Positions 18,874 through 29,800 of a DNA stretch of 64,000 bases are shown here, one piece after another. A program made the position numbers and the translations under genes. The notes beneath the pieces are model-generated. The model saw only the letters and a list, made by a program, of their open reading frames with translations, had not been told where the DNA came from and made no database searches. Location of the stretch: contig PBTH01000020.1 of NCBI GenBank assembly GCA_002726495.1, positions 6,650-70,649 on the forward strand, in the 5' to 3' direction. This DNA comes from Methanobacteriota archaeon (lineage in GTDB: Archaea > Thermoplasmatota > Poseidoniia > Poseidoniales > Poseidoniaceae). Every line of letters starts with the position of its first letter. Position 1 is the first letter of the stretch.

Positions 18874-19955
18874 CGACTCACCTCCACACGTTGGTAATCA
18901 ACTTCAAAGTACAATGGCAGCCCTTGGGATGAGATTGTAAATCCGTCAGAACCACTCGCTCGCTCATAAGGTGAAAAGCCAATGAAGGTGTCAAGAGTTC
19001 CAGCAGAACGTTGAATGGTGTAATCTGAAAGCCATGTTTCATGATATTGTGGTGTAATGATATCGTGCAACGCATTGAGTACAGTAAATCGAACGTTGTA
19101 TGCTTCTCCTGTAAAGAGTGTTAACGGCCCAAGTGATACAAATTCCATGCCGATTTTACTGCCCGTTCCAATGGATCCGTTTCCAGTTATATCGGAGAGC
19201 AGGATTGACAATCTCAACTCATCATTGGCCATACGGTCGAATTCAACCATTGGCATGCTTGTGACATCCCATGCGCCGTTTGGAAATCGCTCGGCACGGG
19301 CGTTATTCATCATCACAATTTCATGGGAACCCTGTCCTAATGATGTGGTTACTTGGAGGCCTGAAAGAGAGCTGTAGACGGTTCGGTGCAATGCGCTGCC
19401 TTGCTCATCAAATACGGTGATAATCATCCAGTGAGGATGCGATGCATTGTGGTTGACATATACTTCCTGCGAGGTTGTAGGGACTGTACGTTGGAGCGTC
19501 ATGACCGGTGTTTCAATGGTCAACGACCTTGCTGATTCATTGGCTGCGGTGACCGCCAAAACCGTATCATTGACTTTGCGGATTTCTATCCGTTCGGAAG
19601 GGGTGAAGTCAGCAGAAATCGTCCATTGCTCAACATTTTGTATCGTTCGAATGGATGTTGATTGCATCGCTAAGGTGTTTCGAAAACCCGTTCCTTCTGG
19701 TGCGTTTCCTGCAACTTCAACTCGGTCCTCGATACGGTCTGCTAAACCGGTAGCTGAATTCCAGTTGGTATTGTCCTCAAAATCAGACAAATAGGGGTTG
19801 AGGAATACCCATACTCCGCCCATGATGGTAATGACCATCGCAAGAAGCATGACCACGCCCAAAACCTCGCTGACAGCAAGCTCATCGCGACGAAGGCGAG
19901 GTGAGCGTAGTGCGTCGGCGTGGCGGTTCACGAATAGGACACAATGAGGTATCAT
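18870..19955 (-). CDS. Archaeal type IV pilin-like protein
   Basis: RRDELA|VSEVLGVVMLLAMVITI matches the archaeal pilin N-terminus. The true start may be GTG 19931. Confidence 0.8.
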   Translation of the reverse strand: MIPHCVLFVNRHADALRSPRLRRDELAVSEVLGVVMLLAMVITIMGGVWVFLNPYLSDFEDNTNWNSATGLADRIEDRVEVAGNAPEGTGFRNTLAMQSTSIRTIQNVEQWTISADFTPSERIEIRKVNDTVLAVTAANESARSLTIETPVMTLQRTVPTTSQEVYVNHNASHPHWMIITVFDEQGSALHRTVYSSLSGLQVTTSLGQGSHEIVMMNNARAERFPNGAWDVTSMPMVEFDRMANDELRLSILLSDITGNGSIGTGSKIGMEFVSLGPLTLFTGEAYNVRFTVLNALHDIITPQYHETWLSDYTIQRSAGTLDTFIGFSPYERASGSDGFTISSQGLPLYFEVDYQRVEVSR

Positions 19956-19988
19956 TTAGCCATTGACCTTAAAATCCGAGCCAAACCG

Positions 19989-20810
19989 TCAGTTGGTGAC
20001 TTGTTTTTTCGGCTCGAAAATCTCATCTCCAACTTGGTCTCTGCCGACATAATGTGAAAAGTCGGGCCCATTTTGAAGAGATATGGTAAGGTCACCATTG
20101 AATATTTCATCAATGTAATACAGGACGGTGGATTCTGCGATATGCGGTTGATTGTTTTTCTCGCTCAAGTGCGTGAGTGTTATGCTACGGGTTGCTTCAG
20201 TACATACTTCTGCTAGAAATTGGCCGGTCTGGTCGTTGGATAAGTGCCCACCTCTACCAGTGATTCTGTCTTTCAATGAATAGGGATAAGGTCCCGAGAT
20301 CAACCGATTATGGTCGTAATTCGCCTCCACTGAGATGTGTTCACAACCTCGCACATGAGTGACAAGTTCATCGGTCCATGAACCGAGGTCCGTGATGATC
20401 GCAGCACGTTCGCCTGCATGGCTCGCAACGAAGGCAACATTCTCGGAACCGTCGTGGGGGACCGGAACAGGAAGTACAGCTAGGTCTTCACCGATTCGGA
20501 CAATATCGAGTGATGAAAAATAAGTGGTCAATTTTGGGTCAAGTCCAAGTTCAAGGGCCGTACGCTCATTAGCTAAAACCCGCATTTCCCATTTGTTTTG
20601 GCAGACTACTGCACCTCCTCCATGGTCGCCATGGTGATGTGAAATGAGGAGACAATCAATATCTGTTGGTTCAAGATTGAGGCGAGCAAGACGTTTTGCT
20701 AATTGTGTGCCGCTGAATCCCTGGTCAACCAATACCTTGACGCTAGGAGTTTCTAGGAGCGTAGCATTGCCCCTGCTTCCTGTGCCTAGATGCGTGATGG
20801 TCATCGACAT
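19989..20810 (-). CDS. MBL-fold metallo-hydrolase, YycJ/WalJ-like
   Basis: LGTGSRGNA, SHHHGDH (HxHxDH), VPHD, TDLG, EANYD, GHLSN and LTHLSEKNN motifs. Confidence 0.85.
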   Translation of the reverse strand: MSMTITHLGTGSRGNATLLETPSVKVLVDQGFSGTQLAKRLARLNLEPTDIDCLLISHHHGDHGGGAVVCQNKWEMRVLANERTALELGLDPKLTTYFSSLDIVRIGEDLAVLPVPVPHDGSENVAFVASHAGERAAIITDLGSWTDELVTHVRGCEHISVEANYDHNRLISGPYPYSLKDRITGRGGHLSNDQTGQFLAEVCTEATRSITLTHLSEKNNQPHIAESTVLYYIDEIFNGDLTISLQNGPDFSHYVGRDQVGDEIFEPKKQVTN

Positions 20811-20999
20811 GTGAACGGGGTCTGCTCGGCGCGGGGGGGACTTGAATACACCGATAACCGGATGTTGATTTCATTGATTTAGTGGCGATTGTTCGTATGC
20901 GGGGAATGAGATTTGTATGAACAATGTTCCATCATCCTCATAAGCAATCTTTCCAAGGTGGAGATGTAGCGAAGCGTATGCTTTGTATCGGGTGATTCA

Positions 21000-23900
21000 A
21001 TGCGAAGAAGTCAAACAACCCTTCTCACGACATTAGCAGTGATTTCTAGTCTGCTTTTTATGTCGCAGTTTCCAACGATTTCAAATGTCGCAAACGTTCA
21101 TCCAGATGATACAACCCAAACTCCACCGCCAAACACTGATACAGATGGTGATATGATTCCAGATGTTCATGAGACGCTGTTTGAGGAATGGATGAATTGG
21201 ACCGCAGTTGACGGCCGTAGTGTTTTCATGCAAGGCATGGACAAAAATAACGCCTCGGATGCTTCCATGGATTTTGACCGGGATGGACTCAATGCAACAG
21301 AAGAGTTTTGCTGGCCCTATCCTGCTAATTGTACGGAGCCTGGTTTTCCTAGAGGTTTGACCGGCATTATCAATGAGAATAGCGAACGTGTCTATCTCGA
21401 CCCTAGAATCTCCGATACTGACGGAGATGGAATGCCGGATGGATTTGAAGCATACATGTGCCAAAGGGTTGGTGGCTATGATGTTGTATCAATGCGGTAC
21501 GATTGCAACTCATACAATCCTCTCAACGGCAGTGATTTGACATCGGATGGGGACAATGATGGTTTTGATGTTGATCGTGATGGAACACTCAGTTTATCGG
21601 AACGATTTACAGCACCTGAGGAGTATTCCTTTGGAGCAACTGCGAATTTCACAACTGAACTTGATGGTTTGTGGTGTCATGCAACGCTGCCAGAGGGCTC
21701 AGTCTGGACGAACTGGCCGTTCTTACCATCGGGTGCGAATGCAACGTTCCACAATATTTTACCAGCATGTACGACCAATTCCACTTCCCCTGTTGGCGAA
21801 GATATGTGGCTTGGAACTGACCCGTTATTGGATGATTCAGACCGATACAACTGGGATGGATTTTCAATCCGTAATTTGTACCCATCATTTGGTGACGGTA
21901 TCCCTGACGGATGGGAGGCCCATTTCGGATTGGACCCTCTGAACCGAACAAATGCTCTTGAAGATACGGACATGGATGGCTGGGACTTAAACCGCGATGG
22001 TACGATCACTCAAGATTTAGCTCGGACATTTACGGCTCTTGAATTGGGAGAAGCATTGTCAACGTTGGAGGAATACCTCGTTCATTACGACAATGGAAAT
22101 ACAATTTATCCTGGCTTAAAATCTACGAGTGTTATGGATCCAAGTGCTGAATTCGTAGTTCATCCACTCGTCTATGACTCAGAAGATGATGTCATGTCAG
22201 TCAACCATTATGACATCCGTTCGTTGGCTGAAGACGGTGGGAATTTGTACGTTATGACTCGTTATGGTGTGAGTGTTCTCAATCTTGAGCAACAAACAAG
22301 TTCGCATCAATGGCTCCCTCAAGGCGTACAAGTTCATGATGGAATATTGGTAAAATCAGATGATGATGCCTTTGCTCTGGCCCTAGCAACGACCGCTGGT
22401 GTTGCAGTCATTCCCCTTCTTGTTGACGGTTCAATTGGTCCTCTAACATCTTGGGATTGGAGCATGGTTGGTGAAATGAGTGCTATTACACAATTGTCCG
22501 GTCTGGATGGCAATCAGCAACTCATCTCGCTTGGTCATGCTGGAGCAGGCGCAGTCTTGGAATTGGGCTCAGATGCATCGATTGTTTCTACATACGCCCT
22601 CGGTGCCGGAATTCGTGATGGTCTTGAGGTATCAAATGCCTCAGTGACAGATATCGAACATGGTGCAGCAGGAGGTTCAACTTACAGGCTCTTTATCGGA
22701 ACGGACCGAGGGCTGATGACCGTTGATACCGCATCAGCAAGAGATGAGGCTGTAGGTACATGGCGATTTTACTTCACCACAGAAAGCACTCCGATTGAAT
22801 CGGCTGTTAGCGACCTGCGTGGATTGCCTCTCGGATTCGTAGACAATCCTGCTGAGGTCCGAGACATGGCTCTTGATGGCCCTTCATCTGAAAATGCTCA
22901 AGCCTTGTGGTTCGGTACACCTGCTGGCGTTCACAAACTGGATCTCCTCACTGATACAATTGATTATGGAGGCCTCTTGGTTCATCCCGGAGTTGACGGA
23001 ACACTTGCTCAAGAAACCAACAATGTATATTCCATCATGCCCACAGGCGATGAGATTCTCGTAGGCTCCCAGTGGGGCCTTTGGGCTATTGCAGGAGACT
23101 ACATTGCTGTGTATGGCCAACAAGACCAAACGAGATTGCCGGGGCAAATCACAACGATTGCAACGTTTGAGATGAACGGCAATATGACGGTATTCGGGGG
23201 TGCTTCTCCTGGGAAGTATGCCAACTTACAACTCATAGACCCTGGAGCAAACGATTCCGATGCCGACGGTATGCCAGATGGATGGGAAGTTGTCAACGGC
23301 TTGGACCCAACTGACCCTTGGGATGCTTTGTATGATACCGATGGCGACGGTATAGATTTGGATCAAAACGGTGATTTTTCATTGGACCGATTGTGGACCA
23401 ATCTTGATGAATTTAGATATGAGAAAACAACTCCTGATGGTTATGATTCAACGACTCCAACCGCCGACGATACCGATGGTGATGGCATTAAAGACGGTGC
23501 TGAATATTTCGGATTCTATTACGAAAACAGCACCTTGTGGTGCCACTATACCGTTCAGATGGTTTACATTTGTGATGATGCCGCTGGACAAGCCGCCAAC
23601 GCCACATACCTAAGTGTCGCAAATGTAGATTCGGGAACTGACCCAACAAATCCCGACTCAGATGGAGATGGTATGCCAGACGGTTGGGAAATCCAGCACC
23701 GTCGATGGGTTGGGATGACATTTACCGGTGGAAATAATTGGAGTCTTGACCCTCTGCGTGCTGATGATGCAAATTGGGATGCTGACGGTGATGGACTGCC
23801 CAATTTGTGTGAATATCAATGGTCAATCGTTCGCAACCTCGGACTTCAAGGAGAATTGTACGAACTCTATGGTGAATCTCCAGAGAGCGTCGGAACATGG

Positions 23901-26753
23901 TCTGAACCAGACCCCAATAACATCGATTCAGATGGTGATACACTTCCTGATGGATGGGAATCAAAGGGCCTCTGCTCTTGGGATCCAAGTCGTTTAGGTG
24001 TTAATCCACTCAACGGCTCTGATGCGTTAGAAAATCCAGACGGGGATGGATATGATATCAACCACGATGGTGTTCTTGACCTCAATGAATCCTTTGTAAA
24101 TTATCTTGAATACCACCTAAGAAGTGACCTTTTTGCTGGTAACGAGACACTTGATGGCCTCACACTTCCATATGGCCTCTCTACAAATCTCTTCGACCAT
24201 ATCAGTGATTATGGCGCTCCAGAGGCAACCTTCGCTGAACGAGCATCAGGTGGAGTGACAGCCGGCCAATCCACCTATAGCATAGGTGCATCAGACCCAC
24301 TCAGTTCCGATTCAGATGAAGATGGAATGCCCGATGGGTGGGAGATATGGTTCGCTCGGTGGGATCTCCTTGACGATGCTTGGACACTGAATCCTTTGGA
24401 TTCCACAGACCGATGGGACGACACGGATGAAGACGGAATGACCAACTGGGAGGAATACAATGCGATTGCACCTCAATTTACAGAAATTGACGGTGAACGT
24501 TCATCGCCTCAATGGTTTGTGACCACCATTGGGCAGGCTTATGCTCTACAACAATGGCCAGGTATCACGACTGAGAAGTCATTTGGAAGTTTCATCACTC
24601 AAGATCAAATCAATCTAACAGGATTGACTCTGGACCCAAACAACGTTGACACCGATGGGGACGGGATGCTTGATGGAGTTGAACTTCTGTTCACAGCATG
24701 GAATCAATCTGCAGAAACATGGACATTGAATCCACTCGTGCCTGGAGATGGTTTGTTTGATGGTGACGAAGATGGATTAATTGACTTGCAAGAGTTCAAT
24801 CTTGCAGTAGCTCAACCCGATAACGGGCTATCACACCCGAGCGATGCACCATTAATGCATGTTGATGGTGACTTCCAGCAACCAACTGAAAAGGCCCAAA
24901 GAGTGTTCAACATTCTCATCACGAAGGATACCAGAGGAAAGCGATTGCTCACCGATTTCAATGCATGGCAGCAGGGTGAACCTCCTACAGCGTTTATCGA
25001 AGTTATTCTAGGCATGACCGACCCAACCATTTCGGATACCGACGGAGATGGTATGGATGATGGATTTGAATATTGGTTCACAAACTGGGATTTGGAAGAG
25101 AACCGTTGGAGTATGAATCCGCTCATTGATGGAGATGTTAATCTTGATACGGATGAAGACAGTTTTGACTGCAACGGTGATGGGACCATAGACGTGAATG
25201 AAACGTTTAGCAATCTTCGTGAATGGGAATCCAGAACATACGGAAAATACATCACTCGTGGAACGGTTCCTGCTAATTTAGGAATCATAGATTTCGGAGA
25301 AGATGCGATGAATGCTTACATCGAAGAACAAGGATACAATCTTGTCCAAGCCCAACAAGCACTCTACGAAGATTTCGTCAAGAAGGGAGCCGATTCCCAA
25401 GACCGCATGAATGAAATCAATACCTATGATGAGGACAACTTCAATCGCAGTCTTCGAGGAGTTACAGACCCAACACATCCAGATTCTGACAGTGATGGAA
25501 TACCCGATGGTTGGGAATACTGTTATGCTATATTTGGGATGGACGATCCCACTACAATCAATCATTGGGCCGCAAATCCTCTCAATCCATTTGATGTAAA
25601 TTACGATGGCGACCACGATGGATGGTACGACAGAAGTGAATTTGACTTCCCAGCGACTCAAGGAGTATGGGATGAGCGAACATTGATTCCATCCGGCCAG
25701 ATCATCCAAAGAGGTCTTGGAGCTTTGCCGTTCACCAATTTCATGGAATATGACAATGAAACTCGTCCGGATAAGAACGACAGCGATAGCGACAGTATCT
25801 CCTACATTACTACGGTTGAGAATGGCGCCGTTGTCTCCCATGTTAGGGATTATAATTATTCAGACGGCCGGGAAGTGTTCAAGTATGGTTCAAATCCAAG
25901 CGATAATGATTCAGATGGTGACATGATACCAGATTGGTATGAGTACAAGCGAGCTTGGAACGAGTCAAATGATAATTTCAGTTCATACCTTGACATACGC
26001 GTCGTTTGGATTGACGTTGCTACCGGCGGTCCGTGTGATACGAGTACGAATTCTTGTTTGCCTCTTTCACAGGATGGATCCGGCGGGACACTTGGTCGTC
26101 CAGACCTCGAATTCACCTGGTTTACAATGGACCCCGCAGATCCAGATGATGCAAACGAAGACCCCGACCAAGACGGTAACTGGGATTGTTCAGGGGCAGG
26201 TTGTAATTACGAACCGTATACGAATTTCCAAGAATTTTATGCGGTCACACTGTCAGAGTATTCGTCTCCAAATGCAGTCAGGCTCAGTGCCCTCACCTAT
26301 CAGGGCTCGCCCGTGACGGAAGGATGGCAATTCCGTGCATCAATTCTTGGCCTTGGCCAATCCAATGAATTGGTACTCAACTATCTCAAACTTGACCAAT
26401 ATTCGGGCATAGATCGTCAATACGGTTACATCGTCAACGATTATGATACCAACTTTTTGACGGTCGATGCAAGTGATGACGTCATTCTCATGGCTGGCAA
26501 TCTCACGGATGCATGGGATATTTACTACCAAGGTTCACCAAATACTCCTCCCGTTCGCAATGTAGGTGAACATGAGTTTGGTTGGTACCTTCTTGATTTT
26601 GATGATGACCACCTTGCCGAAGGAAGCGATCCAACCAATTGGGATACGGATGGAGATTGGATGAACGATTGGTTTGAAGTTCGTGATGATGAAGAAGACG
26701 GAGTGCGTGGAGATTCCTCGCCGATTCGTTATGATTCGCGAACCACAGAATGA
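21000..26753 (+). CDS. Giant secreted Asp-rich protein with many DxDxDG Ca2+-binding-type repeats and a central propeller-like region
   Basis: N-terminal signal/anchor, roughly two dozen DxDxDG loops (often DxDGDGMPDGWE...LNPL), GGTGA SD before the ATG. Confidence 0.75.
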   Translation: MRRSQTTLLTTLAVISSLLFMSQFPTISNVANVHPDDTTQTPPPNTDTDGDMIPDVHETLFEEWMNWTAVDGRSVFMQGMDKNNASDASMDFDRDGLNATEEFCWPYPANCTEPGFPRGLTGIINENSERVYLDPRISDTDGDGMPDGFEAYMCQRVGGYDVVSMRYDCNSYNPLNGSDLTSDGDNDGFDVDRDGTLSLSERFTAPEEYSFGATANFTTELDGLWCHATLPEGSVWTNWPFLPSGANATFHNILPACTTNSTSPVGEDMWLGTDPLLDDSDRYNWDGFSIRNLYPSFGDGIPDGWEAHFGLDPLNRTNALEDTDMDGWDLNRDGTITQDLARTFTALELGEALSTLEEYLVHYDNGNTIYPGLKSTSVMDPSAEFVVHPLVYDSEDDVMSVNHYDIRSLAEDGGNLYVMTRYGVSVLNLEQQTSSHQWLPQGVQVHDGILVKSDDDAFALALATTAGVAVIPLLVDGSIGPLTSWDWSMVGEMSAITQLSGLDGNQQLISLGHAGAGAVLELGSDASIVSTYALGAGIRDGLEVSNASVTDIEHGAAGGSTYRLFIGTDRGLMTVDTASARDEAVGTWRFYFTTESTPIESAVSDLRGLPLGFVDNPAEVRDMALDGPSSENAQALWFGTPAGVHKLDLLTDTIDYGGLLVHPGVDGTLAQETNNVYSIMPTGDEILVGSQWGLWAIAGDYIAVYGQQDQTRLPGQITTIATFEMNGNMTVFGGASPGKYANLQLIDPGANDSDADGMPDGWEVVNGLDPTDPWDALYDTDGDGIDLDQNGDFSLDRLWTNLDEFRYEKTTPDGYDSTTPTADDTDGDGIKDGAEYFGFYYENSTLWCHYTVQMVYICDDAAGQAANATYLSVANVDSGTDPTNPDSDGDGMPDGWEIQHRRWVGMTFTGGNNWSLDPLRADDANWDADGDGLPNLCEYQWSIVRNLGLQGELYELYGESPESVGTWSEPDPNNIDSDGDTLPDGWESKGLCSWDPSRLGVNPLNGSDALENPDGDGYDINHDGVLDLNESFVNYLEYHLRSDLFAGNETLDGLTLPYGLSTNLFDHISDYGAPEATFAERASGGVTAGQSTYSIGASDPLSSDSDEDGMPDGWEIWFARWDLLDDAWTLNPLDSTDRWDDTDEDGMTNWEEYNAIAPQFTEIDGERSSPQWFVTTIGQAYALQQWPGITTEKSFGSFITQDQINLTGLTLDPNNVDTDGDGMLDGVELLFTAWNQSAETWTLNPLVPGDGLFDGDEDGLIDLQEFNLAVAQPDNGLSHPSDAPLMHVDGDFQQPTEKAQRVFNILITKDTRGKRLLTDFNAWQQGEPPTAFIEVILGMTDPTISDTDGDGMDDGFEYWFTNWDLEENRWSMNPLIDGDVNLDTDEDSFDCNGDGTIDVNETFSNLREWESRTYGKYITRGTVPANLGIIDFGEDAMNAYIEEQGYNLVQAQQALYEDFVKKGADSQDRMNEINTYDEDNFNRSLRGVTDPTHPDSDSDGIPDGWEYCYAIFGMDDPTTINHWAANPLNPFDVNYDGDHDGWYDRSEFDFPATQGVWDERTLIPSGQIIQRGLGALPFTNFMEYDNETRPDKNDSDSDSISYITTVENGAVVSHVRDYNYSDGREVFKYGSNPSDNDSDGDMIPDWYEYKRAWNESNDNFSSYLDIRVVWIDVATGGPCDTSTNSCLPLSQDGSGGTLGRPDLEFTWFTMDPADPDDANEDPDQDGNWDCSGAGCNYEPYTNFQEFYAVTLSEYSSPNAVRLSALTYQGSPVTEGWQFRASILGLGQSNELVLNYLKLDQYSGIDRQYGYIVNDYDTNFLTVDASDDVILMAGNLTDAWDIYYQGSPNTPPVRNVGEHEFGWYLLDFDDDHLAEGSDPTNWDTDGDWMNDWFEVRDDEEDGVRGDSSPIRYDSRTTE

Positions 26754-26792
26754 TGTTCTGCCCTCATTTTTGTGTGACTCCAAACCGCATGA

Positions 26793-26798
26793 TTCAAA
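26793..26798 (+). promoter_or_regulatory. Putative TATA-like box TTCAAA
   Basis: Begins 30 nt before ATG 26823. Confidence 0.5.
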
Positions 26799-26822
26799 TT
26801 CTAAGTCGTGTGTCTTCGTCGT

Positions 26823-29800
26823 ATGCAGGGTAGCGATACGCATACATTTTTCTCTCGCGGCGCCTTTTGGTTGCTCGTCATTTTGATGGTGACGACCCCA
26901 TTGAGTCCGCTAACATCCCTCATTTCCGAGGATTCTTCCGCTGCTTCAGGTACTCGTCACGTCTATGACTTCCATGATGGTTCAACTGAATACGTTGCCC
27001 TTTACCAGGGCGCCAATCCAGACCTCGGTGCGAAGGTCAGTCTTCCCCGAGGTGCCTTGGTTACCGATGTGAGTATGACCCTTTCCGGAGCGTCCGCCAC
27101 TGGTTGGTCACAAATCTTGACCGACACACGCGACCATTGGATTGATGGACAAGAATCCAATACTGACGACAGAAGTGGCGACCTGACCCTTTCACTGGAC
27201 AGTGTCACGGAATCATTCTATCCGCACGGTTTTGATGAAGTGACCAATGCTAATTCTGATGCTTGGTTGGACAACGGGTCCTACGCCCTTCGACAACCTC
27301 ACACATCAAACGCAACCGAGAGTCTCTTCTCCCAACAGATTACCAAATCCTCATCAAGTTTCATGGCCCAAAGCCAAGGTGCTATTCTCAAACATCACGA
27401 TTGGTTGTTCCTTTCAACATGGTCCTCTTCGACCTTCAGCAATGTTGTTCATCGTCTTTATCCAAACAATGCAAGCCGTGAATCAATCATTACCTTGGAC
27501 CAAGCCCAATGCAATCTTCCTCAAAAGCACTCATCTTCGTATTATGGATATTATGGCTTTAGGGATTGGACCGTCACCGACGACGAACGATTGTTTGGAA
27601 TCCTATCGGGATACCGTTATACTTACGGCTCAAATGCGCCTGTAAATTATCATCGTGTAATGGAAATGGACATCTCCAGGGACAGTGTTTGGACATGTAT
27701 CGATTCCTATGACATCTCTGCAGGAGCAGGCGATTATACGGGTATTGCATACGACCGAGATAATGATAAGGTATGGGTCGTGCACAATCAAGGAGGAAAA
27801 ATAGTTTCATACGATTTCTCAGGAGATGGCACATCCACATGGGACCGTGATGAGAAATATTACACCTTCACCTCTTCTTCTTCAAGCAGTCGTGAATGTG
27901 GCCAAACCAATCAAATGGTCCGTGGTCTTGAAGTTAATTCAACCACGTTTTTCATGCGTTGCCAGAAAGATTCCTATTACAACGACCGTGATCAACTTGA
28001 GGCCTGGGATATTTCAGGTTCAGCCCAAGCACTCATCCCTCAATCAAATACCCGACAAATATCTCGAACAGGTTACGGTTTGCAATTTGACGGAAATCGT
28101 TTCATCAGTGTTGATTCGGGCTATTCTACATGGTCGGGAGCAACGCTGTATTACAGAGAGTTTGGAACAAGTTGGATGTATGACACCACCCCTGCCCCAG
28201 GTACCACAACATGGTATGGGCCAGTAACAACCTATGTTGACGATGTACTGGCTGCGAATGTCCAAACATACTGGTCTGCCGCATCCATCGGTGACCGTGT
28301 TGATTATTGGGTCTCCGCAGATAACGGTACACACTGGGAACAAGTTGTTTCCAACTCGACGATTCACTTTGACTACCCCGGTAAAGAACTGGTTTGGAAA
28401 GCTCAGTTGATTGGTTCAACAGCAGTTTCATGGTGGGTTGACATCGACGCATCAACACAATATGCAACATCAGGTGATTGGACTTCACCTTACTACAACA
28501 CTGGAACAAAAGTGGGTAAGGTTCGTCCGACATGGGTTGCTGACCTGCCAGCGGGTACATCGCTCCAAGTTGTTGTTTCAAACGATAACGGCAGTACATG
28601 GCTTGATGCAGAAAACAATGTTGAAACGAGTTTTTCAACCGATGCTGCGGGAAATACCCTGCGCTATGCCATCTTCTTGACAACCAATAACACAGATCAC
28701 ACCCCGAGTGTAGACAGTTTCACGCTATGGTATGAAGAAGGATATCCGGACAGGCCGATGTTGGATGTAGGTGGAGATGGCTCCTATGACTGGGAGGCCA
28801 TGATTTTCCTCAACGAATCAGCAGTTGTAGCCACTGATGATTCACAAGTAGGAGTTATTGTCAAAAAGGCACCTACATTGATTGACGCTTTCAACGATTA
28901 TATTCCTGAAAACGGAGAAGGTATGCTCGATATTCCTATTGGAATTAAGGCCGCTTCATCGGGTCGGATCAAGGTTTCAAACATTGACGTAACCTATGCA
29001 ATGCAGACCCGTGCTATTGATGCCTCCTTTGAAGGAGGTCTCGCTTCTCCAGATGGTGCGTATCGAAATTTCATCACTCGTGTTGCTCCAGGTGATGAGG
29101 TTGACCGAGTCACTGAAGCGACCATTGCCCTCAACCACAGTTATGGAGAAAACCCTTCCTTTACTTGGCTTCGTGGTGATACATGCAGTACCAATAATGA
29201 TGGTGGAGGTATTGTGGTGTTTGACACTGCAAATTGCACTTCAACAGTGGATGCATTAGGTGTTGTATCTATTTGGATTCCGACCAAAGTCAACTGGAGT
29301 TGGAATGACGAAGCAGATTTGGAAGCGATCATTACCGTGAAAGACGACCTTGGCGTAGCCGTTGACCAGTGGGATACTACTGAGATGGACTTGGTTATTG
29401 AGAACGACATACAACTCGACGGATTGCGTGTTTGGGAGGAGACAGGACGGCAATTGTTCCCGATGGATTGGGTTCGTGGAGGATTTAACCTCAGTTTTGC
29501 AGGTGGTCTTCACTTCCAAGATTCTCAACTCATGCCCCCTGCAGGTAGCTTCAGTCTTCGTGTCATGGGTCAAAATGTCACCTATGATGGAGACCCTATG
29601 GGGGCGTCTGTCCTGCTTCATGAAGAAGTGAACCCAGCATTTGGTGAATACAATTTGACCTTTGTTGCACCTATTGAATCTGCACCCGGTGGTATGATCT
29701 TTTACGTCCAAGCAGTCAATCTTGAAAACGGTTCAACCTATTCCAATCCAGGATACAACACGATTCGCCTCATTCTTGATGGAAATTCTCCTCTTGTTCT

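Noticed and set aside
20825..20850. Minus-strand TTCAAGTCCCCCCCGCGCC resembling a tRNA 3' end or attachment site
   Set aside because: The T-stem cannot pair and there is no integrase nearby. TTCAAG fits the promoter box of the MBL gene.
9101..20863. Shared 9-mer TAACCGGAT (9101 and 20855), each downstream of a G-run, in the two longest spacers
   Set aside because: A 9-mer match between two ~190-nt spacers has a rough chance expectation of ~0.1 per pair, so it is not significant alone. The G-runs lack the ORB inverted repeat and there is no cdc6/orc1 nearby.
26700..26720. RGD tripeptide near the C-terminus of the 1917-aa protein
   Set aside because: Expected by chance in long Gly/Asp-rich proteins.
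21000..26753. Recurrent GATGGAGATGG-like nucleotide repeats as a possible CRISPR array or DGR
   Set aside because: They are degenerate codon-level echoes of DxDGDG protein repeats, with no fixed repeat-spacer period, and there is no cas or reverse transcriptase gene.
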